The translations under genes and the position numbers were made by a program. The notes under the pieces are model-generated. The model had not been told where the DNA came from. It ran no database searches and saw only the letters and a list, made by a program, of their open reading frames with translations. Shown here in pieces: positions 49,473 to 59,185 of a DNA stretch of 64,000 nucleotides. The stretch is from Candidatus Latescibacterota bacterium (GTDB lineage Bacteria > Latescibacterota > UBA2968 > UBA8231). Each line of letters begins with the position of its first letter. Positions within the stretch are counted from its first letter, which is position 1. Location of the stretch: contig OZ220089.1 in the NCBI GenBank assembly GCA_964291625.2, forward strand, positions 2,208,001 to 2,272,000, written 5' to 3'.

Positions 49473-50458
49473 GGGAATCTCACGATCCGGCCGCTGTCGG
49501 CGGACTCGCGCGCCAGCAGGCAGGCCCGGGTCATCTCGATGGCGTCCTCCGGCCCGAGGAGGGGCTGCACCTCTCCCGCCGCGGCAGCTACGAAGTCGGG
49601 AAAGATCTGACGGTCGCACTCGGCCGGCAGGCCTTCGTCGCCGTCGCCCCCCTCGCGGGTGAGGATCACCTCCCCGCCGAGCACCTCGATGACGCCCTCG
49701 GTGCCGGCGATCCGCACGCGGTCGTCGCCGTGGCTCGGCGCCGCTCCCGGCCGCAGGTAGTCGATGCTGACCGAGGCGAAGACGTCGTCCTCGAGGGTGA
49801 GGTGGCAGACGGCCGAGACCTCCAGCTCGCCGTGGTCGCGGTTGCGGGCGGCGGAGTGCGCGGCGTAGACGCTGCGGAAGGCCTTGCCGGTGTACCAGCG
49901 GACCCAGTCGAAGGCGTGGCTGCCCACCCAGGGGATGGTGCCGCCGTAGATGGACCGGTCGTGGTAGAAGGGCGCCCGCCGGCCGAGGCGGTAGGACTTC
50001 TGGGTGTTGAGCAGGCGGATCTCCCCCACGGCGCCCTCGCGGACCTGGCGCCAGGCGGTGTGGAAGGCGGGATCGTAGCGCAGCCCCATCATGGCGGCGA
50101 AGTGGACACCCGCCGCCTGACGCGCCTCGGCGACCTCCTCCAGCTCCTCCAGAGTCAGGGCCACCGGCTTCTCACAGAAGACGTGGATCCCGCGGCGGAA
50201 GGCCTCGACGCAGATCTCGGCGTGGCGGTGGAAGGGGCCGGCGATGGAGAGGAGGTCCGGCTGCACGGCATCGAGCATCTCCGCGGGCTGGTCCCAGACC
50301 TCGGGCTCGTGCCCCAGATCCCGGCACCTGGACAGCAGCCCCTGCGCGTCGTCCCCGGCGGCGGCCGTGCACACGCCGGCGACGCTCACGTCGGTCAGCG
50401 GCAGTCCGGACAGCACGTAGTTGTTGTGCCCGCGGACCCCGACCATGCACAGCTTCAT
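49469..50458 (-). CDS. Gfo/Idh/MocA family oxidoreductase
   Basis: GIHVFCEKP, GAVGEI, GSHAFD, GTEG. Confidence 0.88.
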   Translation of the reverse strand: MKLCMVGVRGHNNYVLSGLPLTDVSVAGVCTAAAGDDAQGLLSRCRDLGHEPEVWDQPAEMLDAVQPDLLSIAGPFHRHAEICVEAFRRGIHVFCEKPVALTLEELEEVAEARQAAGVHFAAMMGLRYDPAFHTAWRQVREGAVGEIRLLNTQKSYRLGRRAPFYHDRSIYGGTIPWVGSHAFDWVRWYTGKAFRSVYAAHSAARNRDHGELEVSAVCHLTLEDDVFASVSIDYLRPGAAPSHGDDRVRIAGTEGVIEVLGGEVILTREGGDGDEGLPAECDRQIFPDFVAAAAGEVQPLLGPEDAIEMTRACLLARESADSGRIVRFP

Positions 50459-50466
50459 GGTCCGCC

Positions 50467-50880
50467 CTACCGCAGGCCGACACCCGGCCACTGCTCGTCG
50501 CTGGAGGTGACGTCGACGGTGATGCCGTCCGGGTCCTCCACCTTGAAGGCGGTATCCTCGATGTTGTTCACGTCCACCGGCACCTTGCCCGACAGCCCGT
50601 CGGAGAAGATCTCGTAGCCCATGCCCAGCAGGCGCTGGGCCGCGGCCTCGAGATCGGGCACGCGCACGCCGATGTGCAGGTAGTCGAGCATGCCGCTCAC
50701 GTGGCCGGGGCGCTCGGGGCCCTCGTGCTGGAAGACGCGGAAGTTGTGATGGCCGTCGCTCAAGTCGAAGGACTTGCCGCGGTCGGCGACGACGGGCAGG
50801 CCGAGGCCGTCGCGCCAGAACCGGATGGTGGCCTCGATGTCGGAGGCGCGGACGCCGACGTGGACGAGGGTGGTGGTCAC
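50467..50880 (-). CDS. VOC/glyoxalase family protein
   Basis: HVGVRASD...FWRDGLG, HIGVRVPD, EDPDG. Confidence 0.85.
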   Translation of the reverse strand: MTTTLVHVGVRASDIEATIRFWRDGLGLPVVADRGKSFDLSDGHHNFRVFQHEGPERPGHVSGMLDYLHIGVRVPDLEAAAQRLLGMGYEIFSDGLSGKVPVDVNNIEDTAFKVEDPDGITVDVTSSDEQWPGVGLR

Positions 50881-50920
50881 GGTCGATCTCCTGGTGGGGG
50901 GAGTGGGTGAGGGGGATGAA

Positions 50921-52465
50921 TCAAGCCCAGATCGAGGCCATCTGCCAGCCGTCGAGGGAGCGCAGGCGGCTGTCGACGCCCCGGGAGCGGAAGGAGACGC
51001 CGACGCTGTCCTCGCGCTCGGGATAGACCCGGGCGGCGACGCACTGGCGGCCGTTGACGAAGACCTCGACGACGCTCCGGTCGACGAAGACCCGCAGCTC
51101 CAGGGGCTCGTCGGGGGCCAGCCACACCGGCGCCGTCTCCGGGGCGCGGCAGGTCACGTCCGCCGCCAGCGAGGAGTACGACGTCTCCAGGGTGACCAGG
51201 CTGTGCCGGCGGCCGTCGCCGAAGCGGTCGTTGAAGCCGCGCTCCCGGAAGAAGGCGATGCGCGTGTGCTCCTCCCGGTCGGGCGAGCGCAGCACGTTCA
51301 TCTCCACCATGGGCGCGGTCACTGGGTCGAGGCAGGCCCGCAGCTCGACGGCGTCGCCGCTCACCGGCTCGACGAGGACCTCCTCGTTGGCGGGCAGCTT
51401 CACGTCCTCCAGGCGCACCCCCTCCCGGCGCAGGGACTCGACGGCGGCCACCGGCTCCATGGACAGCTCGTCCCCGTCCACGGTCAGCCGCCGGGGCAGG
51501 GTCATGATCTGGTTCCACCCCTTCGTCGGCTTGCCGGGGTTCATGTTGAAGATCACGATCAGCCCGCCCTCGCCGTCGGGGGTGGCCGACGGCGCGTGCA
51601 CGCCGCAGGGGACGGAGGCGCCGAAGTTGAACTTGCCGCCGTGGGTGACGACGAGCTTGTCGCGCTCGGTGTCGTAGTCGCCGAGGAGGTACTGGCCGCC
51701 GCTCATGTGGCTGAAGAACAGCAGCACGTGGCGATCGCCGATGGGCCAGAAGTAGGGGCAGGCGCCGTCGTCGCCGACGAGCGTGTAGTGGTCGTCCTCG
51801 ACGAAGGGATGGAGGTACTCCCAGTGCTCCAGGTCGGACGAGCGCAGCAGGAAGTTGGCGCGCACCGGCTTGCCCGCCGGACCCGCGGGCCTGGTGCCGG
51901 CCGAGAGCGAGTAGTAGTGGTCCCCCTTCTTCCAGATGCAGGGATCGAAGACGCGGTACGGCAGGGCCGAGCCGTCCGGCGCGGTCAGTGGGACCACCGC
52001 CTTGCCTGCGACCTTCTCCCAGTTCAGCAGCAGCGGATCGCTGGAGACGGCGACCATGTTCCCCACCTCGGTGCCGTGGTACATGGCGATGACCCGGTCC
52101 TCCTCGACGAAGGTGGCGCCGGAGAAGCACTTGTCCTCGGGACCGGGGTAGATGCAGTAAGGCAGGTCCCGCCAGCGGACCAGGTCGTCAGAGACGGCGT
52201 GGCCCCAGTGCTGGCGCGTGTCCTCCGGCGGGTAGGCCTGGTAGAACAGGTGCCAGCGCCCCTGCCAGCGGCACAGGCCGTTGGGGTCGTTGAGCCTCGC
52301 CTCGGGATTGACGTAGTGGTAGAGCGGCCGGTGGCGGTCGCCCTCGTAGGCGCGGCGTGCCTCGTTGAGCCGCCGCAGGAGGGGGTTGGCCGCCAGGGCC
52401 GCCTCCTGCTCGTCGAGGGTGTCGGGGAAGGTGTACTTCGGGACGAGGGACGTGGTGTCGGTCAT
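50921..52465 (-). CDS. Glycoside hydrolase family 32-like protein with altered catalytic motifs
   Basis: RPLYH, LNDPNG, WHLFYQ, WGHAVS, CFSG, FDP, GACP, TLPR, VDRSVVEVF. Confidence 0.85.
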   Translation of the reverse strand: MTDTTSLVPKYTFPDTLDEQEAALAANPLLRRLNEARRAYEGDRHRPLYHYVNPEARLNDPNGLCRWQGRWHLFYQAYPPEDTRQHWGHAVSDDLVRWRDLPYCIYPGPEDKCFSGATFVEEDRVIAMYHGTEVGNMVAVSSDPLLLNWEKVAGKAVVPLTAPDGSALPYRVFDPCIWKKGDHYYSLSAGTRPAGPAGKPVRANFLLRSSDLEHWEYLHPFVEDDHYTLVGDDGACPYFWPIGDRHVLLFFSHMSGGQYLLGDYDTERDKLVVTHGGKFNFGASVPCGVHAPSATPDGEGGLIVIFNMNPGKPTKGWNQIMTLPRRLTVDGDELSMEPVAAVESLRREGVRLEDVKLPANEEVLVEPVSGDAVELRACLDPVTAPMVEMNVLRSPDREEHTRIAFFRERGFNDRFGDGRRHSLVTLETSYSSLAADVTCRAPETAPVWLAPDEPLELRVFVDRSVVEVFVNGRQCVAARVYPEREDSVGVSFRSRGVDSRLRSLDGWQMASIWA

Positions 52466-52589
52466 GGGGCCTCGCGGTCGGGAAGGGGGAATCGGCCGGG
52501 GCGCGAAAGATCGGCACAGGGGCGCGGGTACTCCAGCCACGGACGGCCGTCGTACATTAGCGGGCGGCCTCACAATCCGGAGAGAATCG

Positions 52590-53444
52590 ATGATCGACTT
52601 CGAGCGCTCCCTCTTCACCTGGAAGCACCGCCCCTGGACCCACGACCCCCACTACCGCTGGGCCGGAGGATTCGTCGGCGAGGAGGGCCAGTCCTACCAC
52701 GTGCGCTTCCGCCTGGAAGCCGCCTGCGAGATCCTCGACCCCGGCACGGGCGAGGTGACCCGCCTCTATGCCGGCGCTCCCTGCCGCACCGAGTACACCA
52801 TCGCCCGCCGCAACATGTTCCAGATCCCCAGCTCCGAGTGGCGTCTCGTCTTCGGCGACGAGGACCGCGTCGACATCGCCCGGCGTCCCAGCTGGGAGCC
52901 GGAGCCGGGGGAGCGGAGCCCCCTGTCGGAGTCCTTCGCCGAGACCCGCCTCGACCTTCGCAGACACGATCCGCACAGGGTACTGGCCGACGGCGGCGAG
53001 ATCGCGGCGGCGACTCTGAGCGGCGACCTGCTGAGCGCGCGCTCCACCTGGGAGGACCGCGAGCGCGGCCTCACAGTCACCGTGGAGTACCCCGTGAACC
53101 TGATCAACATCCACGAGGCCGGCGGCGAGTTCCAGGTCTGCACCGGCCCCGTGGTGCTGCCCGACCTGGCCACCTGGGACGGGACCAACGTGTCGCGGGT
53201 GTTCATTGCCGACGTGGCGATCACCGCCTTCGACTGGGTCGAGTTCATCCTACGGCGGGAGGTGCAGGCCGCCGACTCCGAGCGCGAGTGGCTCGACCGC
53301 CCCCGGGGCCGCGACCGCCAGGAGCTGTGGGATCCGGAGGTGAAGCCGGAGGGCTACCCGCCGCCGCGGCCGAGCCCCACCGTCTACAACGAGACCTGGG
53401 AGCTGGAGGCCACCAACGTCGTCCTCGCCGCTCCCAACCGCTGA
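52590..53444 (+). CDS. Hypothetical protein
   Basis: GGAG RBS, ATG 52590; GC-rich third codon positions. Confidence 0.7.
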   Translation: MIDFERSLFTWKHRPWTHDPHYRWAGGFVGEEGQSYHVRFRLEAACEILDPGTGEVTRLYAGAPCRTEYTIARRNMFQIPSSEWRLVFGDEDRVDIARRPSWEPEPGERSPLSESFAETRLDLRRHDPHRVLADGGEIAAATLSGDLLSARSTWEDRERGLTVTVEYPVNLINIHEAGGEFQVCTGPVVLPDLATWDGTNVSRVFIADVAITAFDWVEFILRREVQAADSEREWLDRPRGRDRQELWDPEVKPEGYPPPRPSPTVYNETWELEATNVVLAAPNR

Positions 53445-53454
53445 GAGGCGCGGC

Positions 53455-54462
53455 CTACTCCGGCTTGCGGGCGCTGACCAGATGGTAGTAGCCGTGACTC
53501 TCGGCGGACTCGAAGTCGACGAACCCCGCCGCCGTCAGCATCTCCTCGAGCTCGGAGAGGGTGTACTGCTTCCCCTTCTCGTAGAGCAGCATGGCCACCG
53601 AGAAGCAGGCCACCGTGAGGGGTCCGTCGCGGCTCTCGGCCAGGGGCATCTCGTGCAGGAGGATGCGGCCCCCCGGCTCCAGGGCCTCGAAGGCCCGGCG
53701 CGCCAGTCCCGCGCACGAGGCGGGGTCCCAGTCGTGGAAGATGTTGCCGAAGAGGGCGGCGTCGTGGCCGCCGGGCCAGGGGTCCCGGAACATGTCGGCC
53801 GGACAGGTGGCGACCCGGTCTTCCAGGCCGTAGCCGCCGATGTTCTCGGCGGCGATGGCGCAGACCTCCGGCAGGTCGAGAAGGGTGCAGCGCACCCCGG
53901 GGTGGGCCGCGGCGACCGCCGCCGAGAGCGACCCCGAGCCGGCGCCCACGTCGAGGAGCCGCCCCACGCCGGCGAAGACCGGCTGCCGCGCCAGGCTTCC
54001 GGCGGCGGGCAGGGTGAGGGCGTGCATGCGGCCGATGAACTCGCGTACCTCCGCCTCCGGGAGCGCCCCCATGGCCACGGCGAGGGGGGCCGCCGGCTCC
54101 CCGGAGCGGAAGGCGCCGCGCAACTCCCGGAGGATCGGGTCGTCGTCGCGGCAGAGGCGGCGGCCGAAGGGGCTCGCCGGCAGCAGGTAGGTCTCTCCAA
54201 AGTCGGTCAGGGCGAAGCGGCCCCCGCCGTCGTTGCGGGCGAAACCGCGAGCGGCGACGACGGCGACCATCGCCTCGGCGGCCCTCGGAGTCACGCCGAG
54301 GGCATCGGCCACCTCCGGGATGGTGCGGGGACTCTCCAGGAGCAGCTCGCAGAGGCCGGCCTCCTGGGCCAGGACCGCCATGGGCGCGGCGAAGCGCCGG
54401 TACTGCAGGTCGTAGAGGGACTGGTCCCCGACGGGCGGCGGCAAGGGGAAGGCGCGGGTCAT
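53455..54462 (-). CDS. SAM-dependent O-methyltransferase (Methyltransf_2 type)
   Basis: N-terminal dimerisation helices, LLDVGAGSG, DLPEV, ADMF, NIFHDW. Confidence 0.88.
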   Translation of the reverse strand: MTRAFPLPPPVGDQSLYDLQYRRFAAPMAVLAQEAGLCELLLESPRTIPEVADALGVTPRAAEAMVAVVAARGFARNDGGGRFALTDFGETYLLPASPFGRRLCRDDDPILRELRGAFRSGEPAAPLAVAMGALPEAEVREFIGRMHALTLPAAGSLARQPVFAGVGRLLDVGAGSGSLSAAVAAAHPGVRCTLLDLPEVCAIAAENIGGYGLEDRVATCPADMFRDPWPGGHDAALFGNIFHDWDPASCAGLARRAFEALEPGGRILLHEMPLAESRDGPLTVACFSVAMLLYEKGKQYTLSELEEMLTAAGFVDFESAESHGYYHLVSARKPE

Positions 54463-54827
54463 GCGCCAAACTTGCGGCCGCCAGCGCTGCCCGGCCAGCG
54501 CCCCCGGCCCGGAGGCGACCCAGATGCTCGGCAAGCCGCCGGCCCTCTCCTGGCGCCTGTCTCCGCCCCGGGGGAGTCCCCGGACCGTCCTCTCGCGCCG
54601 GCCGCTCCGCCCGCGCAGTCCCCGCACGGGCGCCCGGGGCATCCAGTCCCGCCTGGGTGCCGGGACCGCCTTCGGGCGCCGGCCGCCCCACCGGAGCCCG
54701 CGCCGGGCCCCGCTCACAGGGGATCGCTGCCCGCGCGGTGCCGGGCGCCGCACGCCCCCTCCGAGGAGTCCCCGGCCGAACGCCGGGGGCATGCGGACCC
54801 GCGGGACCGCCGGGGCGGGCGCCGCCG

Positions 54828-55943
54828 GTGAAGATCCTCCACACCTCCTACGACGACCCCCGCAACCCCTGGCTCGGGGGCGGGGGCGCGGCCCGCACCT
54901 TCGAGATCTGCCGGCGCCTCGCCGGCCGCCACGAGATCACCGTCGTCTGCGGCTCCTACCCCGGCGCCGCTCCCGAGGAGGAGCGCGACGGCTTGCGCGT
55001 CCTCCATCTCGGCAGCCCCCGGTCGTATGCGGTCAGCCGGCTCACCTTCTCGGCGCGGGCAAGCCGCTTCCTGGCGCGCTCCGACGCCGACCTGTGGGTC
55101 TACTCCTTCTCCGCTTTCGCCCCCCTGTGGGCGTCGGCCCCGCGCCGGCGGGCCTCGGTCCTCGAGTTCTTCCATCTCATGCAGGAGCACGCCGCCCGCA
55201 AGCGCCCCGTCCTCGGGCTGCCGGCCGCCGCCATCGAGCGCTCCACCCTGCGCGCCTACGATCAGGTCATCGCCATCTCGCCGAGTGTCGCCGAGGGTCT
55301 GTCCGCCATCCGCGGCGACCAAGGCCTCCACCTGGTCTACACCGGCCTCGACGACAGCTGCTTCCTGGAGGGCGCCGAAGAGGGCGATTATGTCCTCTAC
55401 TTCGGCCGGCTCGACACCTACACCAAGGGTCTGGACCTGCTTCTGGAGGCCCTCGGACGCGTCGCCAGGCAGGAGGGCGGGGTCCGCCTCGTCGTCGCCG
55501 GCCGCGGCACCCCGGAGCGGGTCGCCGAGCTGGAGGAGCTGGCCCGCCGGGCCGGCGTCGAGGAGCGGGTCGAGCTCATCGGCCCGGTGTCGGAGGAGCG
55601 GAAGACCGAGCTCTTCCGGCGGTCCCTGTTCAACGTGGCCCCCTCCCGCTACGAGGGCTGGTGCATTGCCGCCGTGGAGGCCTCGGCCGCGGGCAAGGCG
55701 GTGGTGGGCACCCGCATCCCGGGCCTGGTGGACGCCGTGCGCGACGGCGAGACCGGACTGCTGGCCGAGGCCGAGGACGTGGAGGGGATCGCCGGCGCCA
55801 TGCTGCGCCTGCTGCGCGAGCCCGGGCTGCGCGCGGAGCTGGGAGCCGCCGGCCGCCGCTGGGCGCAGCGGTTCCGCTGGGACCGGATCGCCGCCGATCA
55901 GGAGAGGGTCTACGAGGAGGTCGCCGCCGGCCTCGGTTCCTGA
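54828..55943 (+). CDS. Glycosyltransferase family 4
   Basis: GGGA N-terminal motif, FGRL...KGLD, PSRYEGWCIAAVEA. Confidence 0.9.
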   Translation: MKILHTSYDDPRNPWLGGGGAARTFEICRRLAGRHEITVVCGSYPGAAPEEERDGLRVLHLGSPRSYAVSRLTFSARASRFLARSDADLWVYSFSAFAPLWASAPRRRASVLEFFHLMQEHAARKRPVLGLPAAAIERSTLRAYDQVIAISPSVAEGLSAIRGDQGLHLVYTGLDDSCFLEGAEEGDYVLYFGRLDTYTKGLDLLLEALGRVARQEGGVRLVVAGRGTPERVAELEELARRAGVEERVELIGPVSEERKTELFRRSLFNVAPSRYEGWCIAAVEASAAGKAVVGTRIPGLVDAVRDGETGLLAEAEDVEGIAGAMLRLLREPGLRAELGAAGRRWAQRFRWDRIAADQERVYEEVAAGLGS

Positions 55944-56208
55944 GCGCAGGACCGGCAACCCCTGGCCCGTCGCGACGCCGCGCCTCGGGCGGTCGGAGGA
56001 GAGCCCGGCCCTCGCGATGGTCTGGGCTTCGAGGTCGCCGAGCCGGCCCGAGCCTTCGGACCTCGGGGCAACAGAGGCGGCAAGGGGCCGGTGCCTCCGG
56101 GCCGAAGGAGGGTCCGAGGGACCCGGGCACCAGGCCGCGTTGAGCGCCCCCCTGACGGGCGCTTGCCAGCCCCGAGGGGCACCAGGCTGGCCGGTGGTGG
56201 CTCGGAGG

Positions 56209-57024
56209 TCAGGCGCCCGCCAGACCCGCGAACAGGCAGTCCACCGGCATGGGCGGGAAGCTCCCCCGCAGGCCGCCGAGGGAGTAGTGCTCCACCTCCA
56301 TCATGTGCGGCCTCTTGTCGACCTGGGCCCGCACCTCCTCCCCGGTGCCGAACTGCGAGGCATGGGCGCAGATCGCCGCCAGCTTGCGGTCCCGCTGGCC
56401 GCGGATGTCGACGGCGGCCGCCACCGAGTCCGCCGACACCCCGTAGAGATCGGCGTCGACATCGGACATCGTGGCGTCTGGATCCCCCTGGGTGCGGCGC
56501 ACCGACTCCAGCGGGTAGACCGGGTAGTAGAGGCGCCTCGGCGCCGGCCGAGCGACGCTGCCCGCCGACCAGAAGGCGGCCGTGGCGGCGCGGTGGATGG
56601 TGACGTGGTCGACGTGGGGATAGAGGCCGTGGGGGTCGAAGGTGATGATCACCTCCGGCTTCAGGTCCCCGATGATTGGCAGGAGCTGCCGCTCGAGGGC
56701 GGTCACCTCCTGGTTCATCAGCGCCCGGGGGTTCCGCCGCCCCACGTCGATGGGGAACCCCGAGTCGCAGTGGTCCAGCCAGATCGGCGGGTGGATCCCC
56801 AGGGCGGCGCAGGCCCGTTCCAGCTCGGCCTCCCGCAACCGCCCCCGGGCCTCGCCCTTGGGGTGGCGGTCCGCGTCGATGGCGGGGTGGACGATCTCCC
56901 CCTCCTCGCCGCGGGTGGCGCAGACGAGGCGGACCTCGCGCCCCTCGGCGGCGGCCTTCGCCAGGGCCCCCCCGCAGATGAAGGACTCGTCGTCCGGATG
57001 GGCGAAGATCGCGAGCAGATTCAT
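56209..57024 (-). CDS. PIG-L/LmbE family deacetylase
   Basis: AHPDDE, TRGEEG, R..EL, HVDH, HASQ. Confidence 0.88.
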   Translation of the reverse strand: MNLLAIFAHPDDESFICGGALAKAAAEGREVRLVCATRGEEGEIVHPAIDADRHPKGEARGRLREAELERACAALGIHPPIWLDHCDSGFPIDVGRRNPRALMNQEVTALERQLLPIIGDLKPEVIITFDPHGLYPHVDHVTIHRAATAAFWSAGSVARPAPRRLYYPVYPLESVRRTQGDPDATMSDVDADLYGVSADSVAAAVDIRGQRDRKLAAICAHASQFGTGEEVRAQVDKRPHMMEVEHYSLGGLRGSFPPMPVDCLFAGLAGA

Positions 57025-57171
57025 CGACCGGCGTTTGTATCGTTTGTATAGCGGATCGGGGCCCCCGGTACCATATATTGTGCCTCACATTGTGCCTCGT
57101 CCGGCGGGGGACCCGCCGGGCGCCAAGCTACGCAATCAACCTTCACACCGCTTCACAAGGGAGGCACTCAG

Positions 57172-59181
57172 ATGAAGCGCACTCTTCTTCTCCTGCCGCT
57201 GCTGTCCGCCGGCCTCGCCGCCGGACCCGCCGCGGCGGAAGACGTATACGAGATGGAGGAGGTCATCGTCACCGGCTCCAAGCTGCCGCAGACGCCGGGG
57301 AACGTGACCCAGAAGATCTCCATCATCACCGCCGACGACATGGGCTCCCTGGTCCAGGGCAACGGCAACCTGGCCGAGCTCCTCTCCTACTCGCCGGGCA
57401 ACTTCGCCAACGTCCTGTCCCGGAACGACGCCAACTGGGGCTCCTCCGGCGGCCTGGCCCACACCTACAAGGGCTACATGCTCGACGGCCTGCCCATCGA
57501 CGCCTTCGTCGATCTCCAGAGCCTCGACCCTTGGGCCTTCCAGCGCGTCGAGGACCAGCGCGGATCGGCCTCGGTCCTCTATCCCACCTACCTGGCCATG
57601 GACTTCGCCGGCAACCAGTCGCCGCTGGCGGGCACGGCCAACTTCATCCTCAAGGAGCGGGTCCGCAGCACCCGCACCAGCGCCTCGGTCTACGGCGGCT
57701 CCTACAGCACGATCGGAGGCCGCTTCTTCCATCAGCGCGCCGCCGGCAACCTGCACCTGTTCTTCGGCGGCCACCACGAGGACTCGGACTACACCGACTA
57801 CGGCACCGAGGGCTCCTGGCTGCAGATGGACGACAACCCGGAGTACGAGAAGACCAAGCTCTACATGCGCGGCACGTACTACCTCAACGACAGCGGTCAG
57901 CGGGCCTCCCTCTATGCCCACCGCACCTGGCACACGGGGGACGCCGGCCGCATCAACCGTGACTTCGGCCACACCTACACCACCCTCAACGCCGGCTACA
58001 CCCACCCGGTCTCGGACAAGATCACCGCCAACGCCAAGGTCGGCTACCGCGACTACGTGCGGCGCTGGGAGGAGGACGGCATCTGGGAGGATCCCAAGAG
58101 CCGCGAGCTGCGCTCCGAGGACGGCGTCGACCAGTCGGTGGTGCCGGCCGATCTCTCGGTCTCGATCATCACCCGCGAGTCGGACGTGCTCACCGTGGGC
58201 GCCGACTACCAGCTCGCCTCGTACGCCACACAGCGCGAGACCGGCGAGGTCGCCCCCGGCAACGACGCCACCGCCACCGCCCTCGGCCTCTATGCCCAGG
58301 AGGAGTTCCGCCTGGACAACATCACCCTGCGGGCCGGGGCGCGCTTCACCAACATCGGCCACGACATCGAGCTGTTGCAGGGAATGGCGCCGAACGAGAC
58401 CACCAACTCCTGGACCAAGCTCCTCTACAGCGCCGGGGTGCGCTACAACCAGAGCGAAGATCTCGGCGTCTATGCCAATCTGGGCACCAGCTTCAAGGCG
58501 CCCTCCCTCAAGTCCGTGGGCGGCACCGTGCCTCCGGACGGCAAGGGCGGCCACCTGCCCAACCCGGACATCAAGCCGGAGTCGGGCACCAGCATCGACC
58601 TGGGCGTGAACTACCGGCCCATGGAGGGCCTGCAGGTCGGCGTGCGGGGCTTCAACATCGCCCTCACCGACCAGATCACGCAGATCGTGGTGCCCGTGGC
58701 CGCGGATGATCCCGCGCAGTCCCAGGACATCAACGCCGGCCAGACCACGACCAACGGCGCCGAGCTGGAGGTCACCCACCGCCTCAGCGACATGGTCGAG
58801 TGGTTCGCCAACTACACCTACACCAACGCCGAGGTGACCGAGAACGAGGAGTATCCGGACAGGGTTGGCGCCAAGATCAACTTCGTCCCCGACACCGCCA
58901 TCGGCATCGGGGCCCACCTGACGCTGGCCGAGGGCCTGCGGGCGACGATCACGGCCCAGTCCTACAGCGGCATCTACCAGGACATCAGCACGACAGCCGA
59001 GGCCCTCGACGGGTACGTCCTGGTGAACGCCCGCGTCCAGTACGGCGTCAGCACCCGGGACGGGTACGACCTGACCCTCTTCCTCGAGCCCTACAACATC
59101 ACCAACCAGACCTTCGAGATGCCCTGGGGCTTCCAGGATCCAGGCTTCTCCACCAACGGCGGCCTGATGGTCAGCTTCTAG
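57172..59181 (+). CDS. TonB-dependent receptor
   Basis: Signal peptide, EEVIVTG (TonB box), plug-like region, IKPESG, C-terminal Phe. Confidence 0.88.
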   Translation: MKRTLLLLPLLSAGLAAGPAAAEDVYEMEEVIVTGSKLPQTPGNVTQKISIITADDMGSLVQGNGNLAELLSYSPGNFANVLSRNDANWGSSGGLAHTYKGYMLDGLPIDAFVDLQSLDPWAFQRVEDQRGSASVLYPTYLAMDFAGNQSPLAGTANFILKERVRSTRTSASVYGGSYSTIGGRFFHQRAAGNLHLFFGGHHEDSDYTDYGTEGSWLQMDDNPEYEKTKLYMRGTYYLNDSGQRASLYAHRTWHTGDAGRINRDFGHTYTTLNAGYTHPVSDKITANAKVGYRDYVRRWEEDGIWEDPKSRELRSEDGVDQSVVPADLSVSIITRESDVLTVGADYQLASYATQRETGEVAPGNDATATALGLYAQEEFRLDNITLRAGARFTNIGHDIELLQGMAPNETTNSWTKLLYSAGVRYNQSEDLGVYANLGTSFKAPSLKSVGGTVPPDGKGGHLPNPDIKPESGTSIDLGVNYRPMEGLQVGVRGFNIALTDQITQIVVPVAADDPAQSQDINAGQTTTNGAELEVTHRLSDMVEWFANYTYTNAEVTENEEYPDRVGAKINFVPDTAIGIGAHLTLAEGLRATITAQSYSGIYQDISTTAEALDGYVLVNARVQYGVSTRDGYDLTLFLEPYNITNQTFEMPWGFQDPGFSTNGGLMVSF

Positions 59182-59185
59182 GTTC

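Noticed and set aside
54463-54827. Repeated AGTCCC(C)G words as a CRISPR or iteron array
   Set aside because: Only 7-9 nt, irregular spacing, extremely GC-rich background and no cas genes
55944-56208. Structured RNA or REP element in a convergent intergenic gap
   Set aside because: Only short GC-rich inverted repeats, no second copy in the window and no recognised family
57030-57171. Cobalamin riboswitch upstream of the TonB receptor
   Set aside because: Conserved GGGAA, GCCACTG and B12-box elements were not found and the region is short
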